In this document: one piece after another, positions 36,262 through 46,591 of the stretch
Layout: each line of letters begins with the position of its first letter
Position numbering within the stretch: position 1 is the stretch's first letter
NCBI GenBank assembly: GCA_026986375.1
Contig: JALSOQ010000010.1
Coordinates: 26,998 to 90,997 of the forward strand
Direction of reading: 5' to 3'
Length of the DNA stretch: 64,000 nucleotides
Source: Archaeoglobaceae archaeon
GTDB taxonomy: Archaea; Halobacteriota; Archaeoglobi; Archaeoglobales; Archaeoglobaceae
The notes under the pieces: model-generated
What the model saw: the letters and a program-made list of their open reading frames with translations, nothing else
Told to the model about the DNA's origin: nothing
Database searches by the model: none
Program-made: the position numbers and the translations under genes

Positions 36262-37932
36262 CTACCAGAACCAGAATGCCAATCCACCTTCCATAACCTT
36301 CACATTTTTGAATCCGTGCCCCTCAAGAATCCTAAGAGCGTCGTAAGCTCTGCTCCCTATCTGACAGACTATGACGATCTCCTTGTCCTTAGGTATCTCG
36401 TCGAATCTATCTCTCAGCTCTTCGAGAGGAATCCTCAATAACCTCGGATCTTCGATCTTCTTGAACTTCCTGAACTCTTCTTCGCTCCTTATGTCGAGCA
36501 GAACGAAGTCCTCTCCTCTGTCGATCTTCTCTCTCACTTCAAAGCTCGAAATAGTCTTGAACAATCCGTCCCTCTTGTTCCTCGCTACATTCGCCGCGTG
36601 GATTAAAGTATCTATTGCGGTGGAGTATGGAGGAGCGTATGCTAAATCGAAGTTCGCCAGATCGTCTATCGTCGCCTTCATCTGTATGGCCGTCGCAACC
36701 ACGTCTATCCTCTTATCGACAACGCCTAAACCGACCATCTGCGCTCCCAAGAGTCTCCCGGTCTTCGCATCTGCTATCAGCTTAATCCTTATCGGCCTCT
36801 GTCCGGGCATGAAGTGCGCTCTGTCTGGCCCGGGGCAGAGTGCGGTGATGACATCGTAGCCCAACTCCTTAGCCTGCCTTTCCGTTAATCCCGTTCTCGC
36901 GACGTTTAGGTCGAAGAGCTTGAATATCGTTGTCCCTATCACACCCGGGAACTTGGATTTTCCTCCGGTCACGTTGTCCCCTATTACCCTTCCGTGCTTG
37001 TTTGCGGTCGAACCGAGGGGAGCGTAAACGGGTTTTCCGGTGATCAAATGGACGTTCTCGACGCAATCCCCTCCGGCGTATATGCTTTCATCGGAAGTCT
37101 GAAGGAACTCGTTCACCTTTATCGCTCCCGTCTCTCCAATTTCGAGCCCGCATTCTTTGGCCAGATCGACGTTCGGCCTAACTCCGACCGCCATCAGAAC
37201 CAGATTCGCCTCGATCTCCTTCGTCCCGTCGACCTTAACTCCCGTCACTCTCCCGTCCTTCGCTATTATCTCCGTAACCCTGCTCCCCGTAAGAACCTTC
37301 ACTCCCTTTTCCGCTAAATGATTCTGAACGAGCATCGCCATCTCCCTGTCGAGCAGAGCCGGAAGGACGTGATCGAGCAGTTCCACTATCGTAACCTCGA
37401 CTTCCAAGTTCGAAAGAGCTTCGGCGGTTTCCATTCCTATGAGTCCTCCACCTATTATTACCGCCTTCTCCAGAATTCCCTCATCCCACATGTCGAGGAT
37501 CTTTTCCGCATCCTCCGGATCGAAGAGAGTTACTACACCTTCAGCATCCGCATTTGGCAAATTGAGCCTTATCGGCTTAGCTCCCGTCGCTAAAACGAGG
37601 TAGTCGTAGGGCAACTCGTCCTCCTTTCCGTTTCTGACAATTTTAACTACTTTCCTATTTCTGTCTATCTCGACAGCCTTCGTTTCCGTCAGCACTTCGA
37701 TGTCCTTCACCTTTTTGAAGTAGTTTACGTCCCTAACGACTCCGGCCAGAGTCCTCCTGAGATCGTCGAGCTCGTTCACTATTCCTCCGACGTAGTATGG
37801 AAGACCGCACCTGCCCAGAGAAGGATACTTACCCGCGTCTATCACAGTAATCTTCGCCTCCGGATCTCTCCTCCTCGCTCTGCATGCAGCCTTGAGACCG
37901 CAGGCACCTCCTCCTATCACGACTATGTCCAT
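36262..37932 (-). CDS. CoA-disulfide reductase/NADH oxidase family flavoprotein with a C-terminal rhodanese domain
   Basis: VVIGGGACG FAD motif, single redox Cys context SLGRCGLPYY, second GGGLIG NAD motif, and a C-terminal rhodanese loop VIVCQIGSRA. Confidence 0.75.
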   Translation of the reverse strand: MDIVVIGGGACGLKAACRARRRDPEAKITVIDAGKYPSLGRCGLPYYVGGIVNELDDLRRTLAGVVRDVNYFKKVKDIEVLTETKAVEIDRNRKVVKIVRNGKEDELPYDYLVLATGAKPIRLNLPNADAEGVVTLFDPEDAEKILDMWDEGILEKAVIIGGGLIGMETAEALSNLEVEVTIVELLDHVLPALLDREMAMLVQNHLAEKGVKVLTGSRVTEIIAKDGRVTGVKVDGTKEIEANLVLMAVGVRPNVDLAKECGLEIGETGAIKVNEFLQTSDESIYAGGDCVENVHLITGKPVYAPLGSTANKHGRVIGDNVTGGKSKFPGVIGTTIFKLFDLNVARTGLTERQAKELGYDVITALCPGPDRAHFMPGQRPIRIKLIADAKTGRLLGAQMVGLGVVDKRIDVVATAIQMKATIDDLANFDLAYAPPYSTAIDTLIHAANVARNKRDGLFKTISSFEVREKIDRGEDFVLLDIRSEEEFRKFKKIEDPRLLRIPLEELRDRFDEIPKDKEIVIVCQIGSRAYDALRILEGHGFKNVKVMEGGLAFWFW

Positions 37933-37992
37933 GAACCCGCGTCAGCGTTTGGCGTAATAAATTTTTCAAATGGTTGATAATATCTAAGGTGT

Positions 37993-38970
37993 ATGAAAAT
38001 CGTCACGTTCTCGAGAAACGTCTTCATACCTTTGACGAACGCGTGCAGAAATAGATGCGCCTATTGCGGGTTCAGAAGTGACAATCACGAACTCATGACG
38101 CCCAACGAAGTTAAATCCCTGCTTTCAAAAGCGAAGAACGCGAGCGAAGCTTTGTTCACTTTTGGCGAGAGACCTGACGTTTACGATGACGTGAAGAGGA
38201 AGCTTAAGGCTATGGGTTATTCGAACTTCTTGGAGTTAGTGAGGGACGTGAACGAGCTGGCAGTTAAAATGGGTTTTCTTCCCCACACGAACGCGGGGGT
38301 TTTGAGTTACGAGGAATTGAAGAAGCTTAAGCCCTACAACGCGAGCATGGGTTTGATGCTCGAACAGGCGGTGGAGTTGGAATGCCACGCTTTGAGTCCA
38401 GGAAAAAAGCCGGAAGTTAGAATAAAAACTATAAAGAACGCCGGAAAACTTCTGATTCCATTCACCACCGGAATACTAATTGGTATCGGGGAAAAGCCTT
38501 ACGACAGAATATATTCGCTCGAAGTAATCGCGGATGTCCATGCAAATTACGGGCACATTCAGGAAGTCATAATCCAGCCCTTCCAGCCCAAGAAAGGAAC
38601 ACCCATGCAGGATTGGAAGCCTCCGAGCGGTGAGGAGTTACTCGAAGTCGTTAGAAAGGCGAGGGAAATTTTGCCCGAAGATATCGCGATACAGATTCCG
38701 CCGAATCTCGTGGGAGACGTTTATCCTTTCCTAAAAGCGGGAGCGAACGATCTCGGAGGCATCTCGGAGGTTACGCCGGATTACATAAATCCCGAGCATC
38801 CTTGGCCTTCCTTAAGTGATCTTAAAGCGATGCTGAGGAACGAGTTTTTGCTCAGGGAGAGGTTGCCGATCTATCCGAAGTTTGTGAGGTTGAGATGGTT
38901 CAGCGACGAAATTGCGGATTTAATTTATAGGCTTGCAGACGAAGAGGGATTAAGATGCTCGACTACCTAA
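37993..38970 (+). CDS. cofG: FO (7,8-didemethyl-8-hydroxy-5-deazariboflavin) synthase subunit CofG
   Basis: Radical SAM CRNRCAYCGF motif, about 325 aa, directly upstream of cofH. Confidence 0.85.
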   Translation: MKIVTFSRNVFIPLTNACRNRCAYCGFRSDNHELMTPNEVKSLLSKAKNASEALFTFGERPDVYDDVKRKLKAMGYSNFLELVRDVNELAVKMGFLPHTNAGVLSYEELKKLKPYNASMGLMLEQAVELECHALSPGKKPEVRIKTIKNAGKLLIPFTTGILIGIGEKPYDRIYSLEVIADVHANYGHIQEVIIQPFQPKKGTPMQDWKPPSGEELLEVVRKAREILPEDIAIQIPPNLVGDVYPFLKAGANDLGGISEVTPDYINPEHPWPSLSDLKAMLRNEFLLRERLPIYPKFVRLRWFSDEIADLIYRLADEEGLRCSTT

Positions 38971-39959
38971 GCTTGCTCGAAGACCCGTTCGAAACTTTCA
39001 GAATTGCCGATGAACTTAGGAGAAAAGCGGTTGGAGATGTGGTTACTTTCGTCGTTAACAGAAACATAAACTTCACCGACATATGCGTGAACAGATGTAA
39101 GTTCTGCGCTTTCAGCAATCGAAAGAAGTTCTTGCTCACGCTCGATCAGATAAAGCAAAAGGTTAGAGAAGCGATAGAATACGGTTGCACGGAAGTTTGC
39201 ATTCAGGGCGGTTTGTTTCCGAACGCGAATTTGAACTTCTACATATCGATAATAGAAGCCGTTAGAGAGGTAAGCGAGGACGTTCACATCCACGCCTTCT
39301 CCCCCATGGAAGTTTACCACATGGCAAGGAACAGCGGTTTGAGCGTTAAAGAAACTCTAAAAGAACTAAAGAAGGCCGGACTGGATTCGATGCCCGGAAC
39401 AGCCGCTGAGATCTTAGACGATGAGATAAGGAGGAAGATATGCCCGGACAAGATTACCACAGCCCAATGGGTCGAAATAGTAACTACGGCGCACAGACTG
39501 GGAATTCCCACCACTGCAACGATGATGTTCGGGCACATAGAGAGTTGGGAGCACAGGATAAGGCACATTCTCTTGATCAAGAAAATTCAGAGGAGAACGG
39601 GAGGTTTCACTGAGTTCATTCCCCTTCCCTTCCAGCCGAAGAACAACGAGCTCGGAAGAATTGCCAAGGGAAGTTCGGGCTTCGAGGATCTTTTAGTCAT
39701 AGCGATATCGAGAATTCTGCTTTATCCAGAGATAAAGAACGTTCAAGCCTCTTGGGTCAAGATGGGAGTTAAGCTCGCACAGGTTGCTTTGCACGTTGGA
39801 GCTAACGACTTGGGAGGAACTCTTATGGAGGAAAACATTTCTAAAGCTGCAGGAGCGATAGGTGGGGAGTTTCTGCCCAAGGAGGAGATGGTAAGGATAA
39901 TAGAAGTGGCAGGGAGAATCCCGAAGCAGAGGGATACGCTGTATAACATAATCGGGTAG
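38955..39959 (+). CDS. cofH: FO synthase subunit CofH
   Basis: Radical SAM CVNRCKFCAF motif; overlaps cofG by 16 nt. Confidence 0.85.
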   Translation: MLDYLSLLEDPFETFRIADELRRKAVGDVVTFVVNRNINFTDICVNRCKFCAFSNRKKFLLTLDQIKQKVREAIEYGCTEVCIQGGLFPNANLNFYISIIEAVREVSEDVHIHAFSPMEVYHMARNSGLSVKETLKELKKAGLDSMPGTAAEILDDEIRRKICPDKITTAQWVEIVTTAHRLGIPTTATMMFGHIESWEHRIRHILLIKKIQRRTGGFTEFIPLPFQPKNNELGRIAKGSSGFEDLLVIAISRILLYPEIKNVQASWVKMGVKLAQVALHVGANDLGGTLMEENISKAAGAIGGEFLPKEEMVRIIEVAGRIPKQRDTLYNIIG

Positions 39960-39964
39960 GGGTT

Positions 39965-40549
39965 ATGGTGGAGTGGGAGGAATTCAGAAGACTCAAACTC
40001 GAGGGATACACTAAGGCTAAGGAGAGAGGAGAGGTGGACGATGATATAATTCCGTTGCTCGACTTAATAAATTCGTTCGAGTGCTTCGTAACTCTCTCGA
40101 GTTGTTCTGGAAGGATCGCGGTGATGGACATGCCCGAATTCGGTAACAAAGTCGAATCGAGGTTTTTGGGAAAGTGGCACCGTTGCGTCGGATTTGGAGA
40201 GGTCCTTGAGGCCGTAAAATCGGGCAGGAAGACGACTTGGCTAATAATGTTTCCACCGATAATCCACGTAGCTTGTAGGGATTTAAGTTCGGCGGAAAAA
40301 CTGATGAAGATCGCCAACGATTCGGGATTGAGGAGGTGCGGTTTGATCTCGCTGAAGCATAACGTGGTCGAGATAAACACCCTCGAAAGGCTCGAAGCTC
40401 CGGTCGCTTTGAACGGAAAAATCGTCGTCGGTGAGGATGGTTTGAAGATCATCGTCGAGTTCGCCAACCGTAAATTGGAGAGAAGCAAGGAAAAGCTCAG
40501 GAAGTTTTATTCCTCTCTTTTAGAGCTTCAAGGATCTCCAGAACTCTGA
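39965..40549 (+). CDS. taw3: tRNA wyosine-derivative methyltransferase Taw3 (TYW3 domain)
   Basis: DDDIIPLLDLINSFECFVTLSSCSGRI matches the TYW3 signature region; 194 aa. Confidence 0.7.
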   Translation: MVEWEEFRRLKLEGYTKAKERGEVDDDIIPLLDLINSFECFVTLSSCSGRIAVMDMPEFGNKVESRFLGKWHRCVGFGEVLEAVKSGRKTTWLIMFPPIIHVACRDLSSAEKLMKIANDSGLRRCGLISLKHNVVEINTLERLEAPVALNGKIVVGEDGLKIIVEFANRKLERSKEKLRKFYSSLLELQGSPEL

Positions 40550-41561
40550 CTATGTCACTTCTCGATACTATTCCCACAAGTTGTCCGTTCTCGACAACGG
40601 GTATCCTTCCTATTCTCCTATCACTCATTACCTTTAAAGCCTTAAAGGCTGTTTCGTCGGGAGAAATCGTGACCAAATCCCTGCTCATAATGTTCTCGAC
40701 AACATCCTCTCCTTTCGCCTTTCTAACGTCTTCGAGCGTGACTATACCCACCAGATCACCGTTTCTGACCACTGGATATCCTATGTGCTTGTGCTTAAGC
40801 ATTAGATCGACGACGTCCTTAACTCTCGTTTCGGGGGTGACGTAGATGGGGTCGGTCGTCATTACATCCCTAACCTTCAACCTCGAAAGGAACCCTTCAA
40901 TCGTAACCATCCTCTCCTCCTCGCTCGCCCCTATGTATATGAACAGGGCTATTAGAATCAGCCACAGACTTACGAACATTCCCACTATCGCCATCAAGAT
41001 TGCCAAGAATTTTCCTACTTCCGCCGAAACCTTTGTCGCTCTGACGAAGCCCATTCTCTGAGCCAGCAGACTTCTAAGAATCCTACCTCCATCCATAGGA
41101 AACGCGGGGATTAAGTTGAACAATCCCAGTATCAAGTTGAAGTATCCGAATAGGAAGAAGAACTGCTTGTGAATTGGAGTGGCGAGGAATCCCAAAAAAG
41201 CTAAGGCAAAGCTCGCCAAAGGACCGGCTAAAGTCATTAGGAACTCCTTCTTTGGCTCCTTGGGTATGTTCTCTATTAGCGCGACCCCTCCGAATATGAA
41301 CAGCACGATCGCCCTTACCTTCGCACCGAACCTCATCGCAACCAAAGAATGACTCAACTCGTGGATGAGAATGCAAACGAACAGAATTACCGCCATTAGA
41401 GCAGATAGGACAATTCTTTCCATGCCTTCGAAGTTCGAAAATCCGAACGGAGGTGGATTAACGTATAGGACGTAGCTGAATAGAGCTAAGATAAAAAGGA
41501 GGCTGAAATGAACCTCAACGTCTATTCCGAAAATTCTCGCCACCTTAAAAGACTGCTTCAT
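40497..41561 (-). CDS. site-2 protease family (M50) zinc metalloprotease with tandem CBS domains
   Basis: HELSHS HExxH in a TM helix, the AFPMDGGR motif, and two C-terminal CBS repeats. Confidence 0.8.
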   Translation of the reverse strand: MKQSFKVARIFGIDVEVHFSLLFILALFSYVLYVNPPPFGFSNFEGMERIVLSALMAVILFVCILIHELSHSLVAMRFGAKVRAIVLFIFGGVALIENIPKEPKKEFLMTLAGPLASFALAFLGFLATPIHKQFFFLFGYFNLILGLFNLIPAFPMDGGRILRSLLAQRMGFVRATKVSAEVGKFLAILMAIVGMFVSLWLILIALFIYIGASEEERMVTIEGFLSRLKVRDVMTTDPIYVTPETRVKDVVDLMLKHKHIGYPVVRNGDLVGIVTLEDVRKAKGEDVVENIMSRDLVTISPDETAFKALKVMSDRRIGRIPVVENGQLVGIVSRSDIVRVLEILEALKERNKTS

Positions 41562-41614
41562 TGTTACGATATTCTCACCAAAAATTTAAACTTGACGACA
41601 TTTGAAAAGATTAG

Positions 41615-41689
41615 CGGACCCGGCGGGATTTGAACCCGCGACCTTGGGCTTAGGAGGCCCACGCCCTATCCAAGCTAGGCTACGGGTCC
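41615..41689 (-). tRNA. tRNA-Arg (anticodon CCU)
   Basis: Reverse complement folds as GGACCCG/CGGGTCC acceptor, anticodon stem TGGGC/GCCCA with loop CUCCUAA, and T arm GCGGG-TTCAAAT-CCCGC. No encoded CCA. Confidence 0.9.
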
Positions 41690-41715
41690 TCGATATGAAT
41701 GGACGTTCATTGAAT

Positions 41716-42348
41716 TTAAACTTTTTCGATGAACTCTTCAAGAGAGCGCTGGCTCAACCTCCCTACCGTCCTCCACCTCTTCCTAACTATTGGCGGAATT
41801 CTGCCCTCCAAAATCCATCTCCTTAGTGCTTTCCTCGTCTTCGGATCGCTTGCGTATCCGCTACCGAAATCGCCGTATTCCTCCTTCAGCATCTCAATTC
41901 TCTCGTCCCTTTCGACCTTGGCAATTATTGAGGCGGCCGAAACGACAACGAACTCTTCATCAGCTTTGTGCTTCGCTATAACTTTCTTCCCCGTTCTGTT
42001 TTCAATGAATTCCTTCAGCCTTTCCGGTTTTACGTCCGGACTGTCCACCACGACCAAATCTGGATCGAGTTTTTCGATTATTTCGACGTAGCAATTTCTC
42101 AGTAGATCGTTTATGTTGTTTCTGTCTATTTCTTCGGGCGTAACTTCAATCAGATGGTATTTGCAGAATTCCTTTATTTTTGTAGCGAGTTCCCTTCTCC
42201 TTTCTGGACTCAGCTTCTTCGAATCTTTTACGCCCAACTCCTCAAGCTTTTTAACTTCCGATTCATCGCACAAAACTCCGCAAACTATCATCGGACCTAT
42301 AACGGGACCCTTTCCTGCCTCGTCTATTCCAGCTATCCTCATCCTCAA
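41716..42348 (-). CDS. rnhB: ribonuclease HII
   Basis: IAGIDEAGKGPVIGPM and DSK motifs; 210 aa. Confidence 0.9.
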   Translation of the reverse strand: MRMRIAGIDEAGKGPVIGPMIVCGVLCDESEVKKLEELGVKDSKKLSPERRRELATKIKEFCKYHLIEVTPEEIDRNNINDLLRNCYVEIIEKLDPDLVVVDSPDVKPERLKEFIENRTGKKVIAKHKADEEFVVVSAASIIAKVERDERIEMLKEEYGDFGSGYASDPKTRKALRRWILEGRIPPIVRKRWRTVGRLSQRSLEEFIEKV

Positions 42349-42420
42349 CCCCTCGGGTTTTCTCGGTTATAAGCCCTTCGAATCGAAACGTCTAAAAGTT
42401 ATAACGCAAAGATTTTATCG

Positions 42421-42804
42421 ATGGACGAGATCGAATGGATAAGGAAAAAAAAGTTGAAGGAGTTGATGGAAAAGATGTCTAAGCCCATAAAGGTTGACGG
42501 TTCGAACTTCGATGATGTAATAAACAGCAACGAGAATGTCGTGGTGGATTTTTGGGCGGAGTGGTGTGGACCTTGCAAGATTCTTGCTCCTATAATAGAC
42601 GAGCTCGCAAAGGAATACGTGGGTAAGGTCGTATTCGCCAAGTTGAACGTCGATGAAGCTAAGGATATAGCTATAAACTTCGGAATCTCCGCGATACCCA
42701 CGCTGATATTCTTCAAGAGGGGCAAGCCCGTGGATGCGTTAGTGGGAGTCCTTCCAAAAGGTGAGATCAAGAGGTGGATAGACAGGATCCTTTCGACTTA
42801 CTAA
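42421..42804 (+). CDS. trxA: thioredoxin
   Basis: WAEWCGPCK active site and a cis-Pro context (IPTLIFF). Confidence 0.85.
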   Translation: MDEIEWIRKKKLKELMEKMSKPIKVDGSNFDDVINSNENVVVDFWAEWCGPCKILAPIIDELAKEYVGKVVFAKLNVDEAKDIAINFGISAIPTLIFFKRGKPVDALVGVLPKGEIKRWIDRILSTY

Positions 42805-43464
42805 CGAAATCTCCACGATTCCCAAGAAGAATTTAACGAATTCAACCATCTTTTCGAACTTCTCCTTAGGAGTCATGTTCGCAAGGGCTATCCTGTATAG
42901 AAATTCGAACAGCTTGAACGCCAAGTCGAAAACCGAAACGTTGAACCTCGAAAAGTGATCGGACTTTTCGATTAGCGAATCAAGAGCGAACTTGACCACT
43001 CTCACGGCCTTTCTTGGAGGAAGGAGTCCGGAAAACAGTTCCACGTAGGGTGGAAGAACCCAATCCTCTATAATATCCTCTATCCTCTTTCTCGCCCTCA
43101 TTACCTTGCGGTATTCCCTTCTAATCCTTCGCAAAAATTTTCTGACCACTTCTGAATCCGCCTTAGCCCTATAGAACAGTTCCTGAACGCTCCACCAGAA
43201 CTCATCTCTTCCCTTCGGATCCCTTACTACCCTGTACGCTTTCGCGCACTCCTTCGCAATCTCCTTTCCGCGCCAGTATCTGATCAGAGTTACGAAGCGC
43301 ATGCAATCGTTCGTATAGGATAGAGGTGGAAGGACGGGAGATTTGAGAACGTTATCCAAATCGGACTCACACTTCTCCCTTATTATTTCGAGAGTCTTCA
43401 CTATCTCTTCTGGATGCTCGAAACCTACGAGCTTCGATATTTCGAATATCGAATCCATGAACAC
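42739..43464 (-). CDS. hypothetical protein
   Basis: 241-aa helical ORF with no recognised motif. Its 3' end overlaps the trxA 3' end by 66 nt (convergent). Confidence 0.4.
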   Translation of the reverse strand: MFMDSIFEISKLVGFEHPEEIVKTLEIIREKCESDLDNVLKSPVLPPLSYTNDCMRFVTLIRYWRGKEIAKECAKAYRVVRDPKGRDEFWWSVQELFYRAKADSEVVRKFLRRIRREYRKVMRARKRIEDIIEDWVLPPYVELFSGLLPPRKAVRVVKFALDSLIEKSDHFSRFNVSVFDLAFKLFEFLYRIALANMTPKEKFEKMVEFVKFFLGIVEISLVSRKDPVYPPLDLTFWKDSH

Positions 43465-43501
43465 GATATAGTTTTAAACCATTTTAGCGTTATCCGTTAA
43501 A

Positions 43502-44203
43502 ATGAGAATACCTCTCTTCATAGAATTCGAAGGAAAGAGGGTGCTTGTAATAGGTGGAGGGGGAGTTGGAACATCGAGGGCCAAGAAGTTCTTGGAAGCG
43601 GGAGCGGAGGTTAAAGTTCTCAGCTTGGAGTTCAGCGAGGAACTCAGGAAGCTCGCGGAAGCGGGTAAAGTTCAACTCGTAAAGGGGAATGCGTTCGATG
43701 AGAAACTGCTCGAAAATCTAATATCAAAAAGCGATTTGGTTGTCGTAGCGATTCCAAACGTTGAGATAAACGATTTGATTTGCAGAATAGCCAAAAAATA
43801 TAAAACGCTCGTAAACCTCGCAAACGATGCGGAAAGGACTGAAGTGGTCGTTCCGTTTGAAGATGAAGTGGAGGGAATAAGGTTCGCGGTGACAACGGAG
43901 GGAAAGAGCGGGATAGTTGCGAGGAAAGTTAAGGAAGCTTTTAAGAAAATGCTCGAGGAAGATGAGGAGACGATATTCTTTTTAAAGGCTATGGAACACC
44001 TCAAGAGATTCATGAAATCGCACAACGTTCCCGTTCAGCTTAGGATGAAACTATATTTCGTAATAAGTGCAGATCCAGAATTCAGAAGACTCGTTAGAGA
44101 GGGAAGAGTCGATGAGGCGAGGAGTCTGGCCGAAAAATTGGTTGAAGATTACGTTTCTGGAAGGAGGAAGATAGACGAGAGTTTGGTTAGGATTAAGTTT
44201 TAG
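43502..44203 (+). CDS. sirC: precorrin-2 dehydrogenase / sirohydrochlorin ferrochelatase (siroheme synthase N-terminal type)
   Basis: VLVIGGGGVGTSRAKKFLEAGAEV Rossmann motif and about 230 aa. Adjacent to the siroheme decarboxylase-like gene. Confidence 0.7.
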   Translation: MRIPLFIEFEGKRVLVIGGGGVGTSRAKKFLEAGAEVKVLSLEFSEELRKLAEAGKVQLVKGNAFDEKLLENLISKSDLVVVAIPNVEINDLICRIAKKYKTLVNLANDAERTEVVVPFEDEVEGIRFAVTTEGKSGIVARKVKEAFKKMLEEDEETIFFLKAMEHLKRFMKSHNVPVQLRMKLYFVISADPEFRRLVREGRVDEARSLAEKLVEDYVSGRRKIDESLVRIKF

Positions 44204-44211
44204 GTGATTTT

Positions 44212-45156
44212 ATGGACGAGAAAATTATTTTGATGAAAGTTCAATACGAATTGCCCCTTTCCGAACAACCCTTCGTCGACTTGGCGGAGGATTTGGGCAT
44301 AAAAACTGAGGAACTGATTCGTAAGCTTAGAGAGTTGAAGGAGAGCGGAGTTATAAAGAGGATAGGAGCGAACCTCAACTACAAGGCGTTCAGAAGGATA
44401 GGAAAGGCCGCTCTGGTCGCTTTCGCGTGCGGAAACGATGTCGATAGAGTTGCCAGAATAATAAACGAGCTCAAAACCCTCAAGCACAACTTCCTCAGAG
44501 ATCATCCCCGCTACAACGTTTGGTTCACCTTCAAAGGGAGAGATGAGGAGGAGCTTAGGAGGGTAGTGGAGGAAATGGCGAGAAGGTGCGGGGTTTCGGA
44601 TTATCTATTCCTTCCGAGCAAGAGGGTCTACAAGATGGACGTCAAATACGACCTTTTCAGGGGTATATCTTGGAGTTACAGAGGGTTGGAGAAGGAGGAT
44701 GTTCCGAAAGTGGACGAGCTCGGAATTTCATCTAAAATGCTCTTTGAGCTCGAAAGGAATTTACGGATAGAGGAGAGACCGTTCAAGAGATTCGCCGAAT
44801 ACGGATACTCGGAAGGGGAGATAGTCGATCTCATATCCGAGTTAATCGATAAAGGAGTTGTGAGGGATTTCAGCGGAGTCCTGAGGGAAAGTAAAATCGG
44901 ATTCGGAGAGAACGGAATGAACCTCGTCAGAACGGAAAATGCGAAGAAATTGGCGTTGAAACTCGTCGAGGACTTTCCGCAGATAACGCACTTGGTCGAA
45001 AGGGAGGTTCCCGAGAACTGGCCCTACCCTCTCTACTTCATGGTTCACGCGGATTCTAGGAAGAAGATAGAGAGGGTTAGGAAGGATGTGGAGGAAAGAT
45101 ACGGAGTCGAAGTCGTTACCATATACAGCATTAGAAACCTTAATCCGAAGCTCTGA
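44212..45156 (+). CDS. siroheme decarboxylase-like protein, fused AhbA/AhbB (NirDL-type, Lrp/AsnC fold)
   Basis: Two tandem Lrp/AsnC-like units (LPLSEQPFVDLAEDLGI...; LRIEERPFKRFAEYGYS...), as in the alternative heme biosynthesis decarboxylases. Confidence 0.7.
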   Translation: MDEKIILMKVQYELPLSEQPFVDLAEDLGIKTEELIRKLRELKESGVIKRIGANLNYKAFRRIGKAALVAFACGNDVDRVARIINELKTLKHNFLRDHPRYNVWFTFKGRDEEELRRVVEEMARRCGVSDYLFLPSKRVYKMDVKYDLFRGISWSYRGLEKEDVPKVDELGISSKMLFELERNLRIEERPFKRFAEYGYSEGEIVDLISELIDKGVVRDFSGVLRESKIGFGENGMNLVRTENAKKLALKLVEDFPQITHLVEREVPENWPYPLYFMVHADSRKKIERVRKDVEERYGVEVVTIYSIRNLNPKL

Positions 45157-45169
45157 TAGATAAAGATCG

Positions 45170-45991
45170 ATGCCGACATACGAGGATGTTGTTGAAACGG
45201 TCGTAGATCTTTTCAGGAAAGCGGAAACTGAATTGAGCGATGATGTTATAATGGCTCTGAGGAGGGCTTATGAGGAAGAAGAAAACGAAATAGCTAAGAT
45301 TAATTTGAAAAACATTCTTAGGAACGTTAAAATTGCTAAAGAAAAGAGAATTCCGATGTGTCAGGACACAGGACTGCCAATAGTTTTTGTGGAGTTGGGT
45401 AGAGAACTTTGCTTGGACTTCGACCTGAAGGAAGCGATAGTGGAAGGCGTTAGGAAAGCGACAAGAGAAGTTCCTTTAAGACCTAACGCAGTCCACCCGA
45501 TTACGAGGGAGAATTCGGGCGATAACGTTGGAATTCGCATGCCGATCGTGGATGTGGAAGTAGTAGAGGGGGACAGGCTCAAACTGACCGTAATGCCTAA
45601 AGGTGCGGGGAGCGAGAACTGCTCAGCTTTGAGGATGATGTTGCCGGGCGAAGTTGATAAGATAAAGAGATTCGTCGTGGAAGTCGTTAAGAAGGCGGGA
45701 GGAAAGCCCTGCCCACCTATATTCGTCGGAGTCGGCATAGGTTCAACGTTCGACGGATGTGCAAAGCTCGCTAAGAAGGCACTGTTGAGAAACGTCAACG
45801 AGATGAACGAACTCGAGCTAGAAATTCTCGACGCTATAAACGAGCTCGGAATTGGGCCGATGGGATTGGGGGGAAAGGTGACTGCTTTAGCCGTTCTGAT
45901 CGAATGCGGGCACTGTCACACCGCATCCCTCCCGGTTGCCGTAAACGTTCAGTGCTGGGCTAACAGGAGGGCTTCGATGGTTCTGAGGTGA
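45170..45991 (+). CDS. class I fumarate hydratase (Fe-S hydro-lyase), alpha/N-terminal subunit
   Basis: The PMCQDTG motif and about 270 aa fit the family. Followed by the beta subunit gene. Confidence 0.8.
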   Translation: MPTYEDVVETVVDLFRKAETELSDDVIMALRRAYEEEENEIAKINLKNILRNVKIAKEKRIPMCQDTGLPIVFVELGRELCLDFDLKEAIVEGVRKATREVPLRPNAVHPITRENSGDNVGIRMPIVDVEVVEGDRLKLTVMPKGAGSENCSALRMMLPGEVDKIKRFVVEVVKKAGGKPCPPIFVGVGIGSTFDGCAKLAKKALLRNVNEMNELELEILDAINELGIGPMGLGGKVTALAVLIECGHCHTASLPVAVNVQCWANRRASMVLR

Positions 45992-45995
45992 TATT

Positions 45996-46559
45996 ATGGA
46001 AGTAATAACTCCAGTTTCCGTCGATATGGTTAGAAAGCTCGAGGTCGGGGATATCGTTTATGTAACCGGAGAATTGATAACCGCAAGAGACAAAGCTCAT
46101 GCGAGAATTTTGGAGTTCATAGAGAGTGGAAGAGACCTACCTTTCCATATAAACGCGATATACCACTGCGGTCCTCTCGTTCGAAAAGACGGGGATACGT
46201 GGGTGGTTTTATCCGCAGGCCCCACGACCTCGGCGAGAATGAACGAGGCAACGAAGGTTCTCTTGAAGCATGTGGATTCGGTAATAATAATAGGAAAGGG
46301 TGGGATGGACGTTAAGGAGGAGTTGAGGGGGAAGGGAGTTTACTTGGCATACACCGGTGGGGCTGGGGCGTTAGCGGCTAACGCAATAAGAAGAGTCAGG
46401 AACGTTTACTGGCTCGACTTGGGAATGCCTGAGGCTGTTTGGGTGCTGGAAGTTAAGAGGTTCGGGCCTTGTGTCGTGGCGATAGACTCTCACGGTAACA
46501 GCATTTACGAGGAAGTGGAAAGGAGGGTCGAAGAGAACTTCAGGAGGATGTTTGGTTAA
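45996..46559 (+). CDS. class I fumarate hydratase, beta/C-terminal subunit
   Basis: [14 protein letters not shown] and GPTTSARM signatures; 187 aa. Confidence 0.8.
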   Translation: MEVITPVSVDMVRKLEVGDIVYVTGELITARDKAHARILEFIESGRDLPFHINAIYHCGPLVRKDGDTWVVLSAGPTTSARMNEATKVLLKHVDSVIIIGKGGMDVKEELRGKGVYLAYTGGAGALAANAIRRVRNVYWLDLGMPEAVWVLEVKRFGPCVVAIDSHGNSIYEEVERRVEENFRRMFG

Positions 46560-46591
46560 ACGTTAAATATTATCCCGACGATACACAATTC

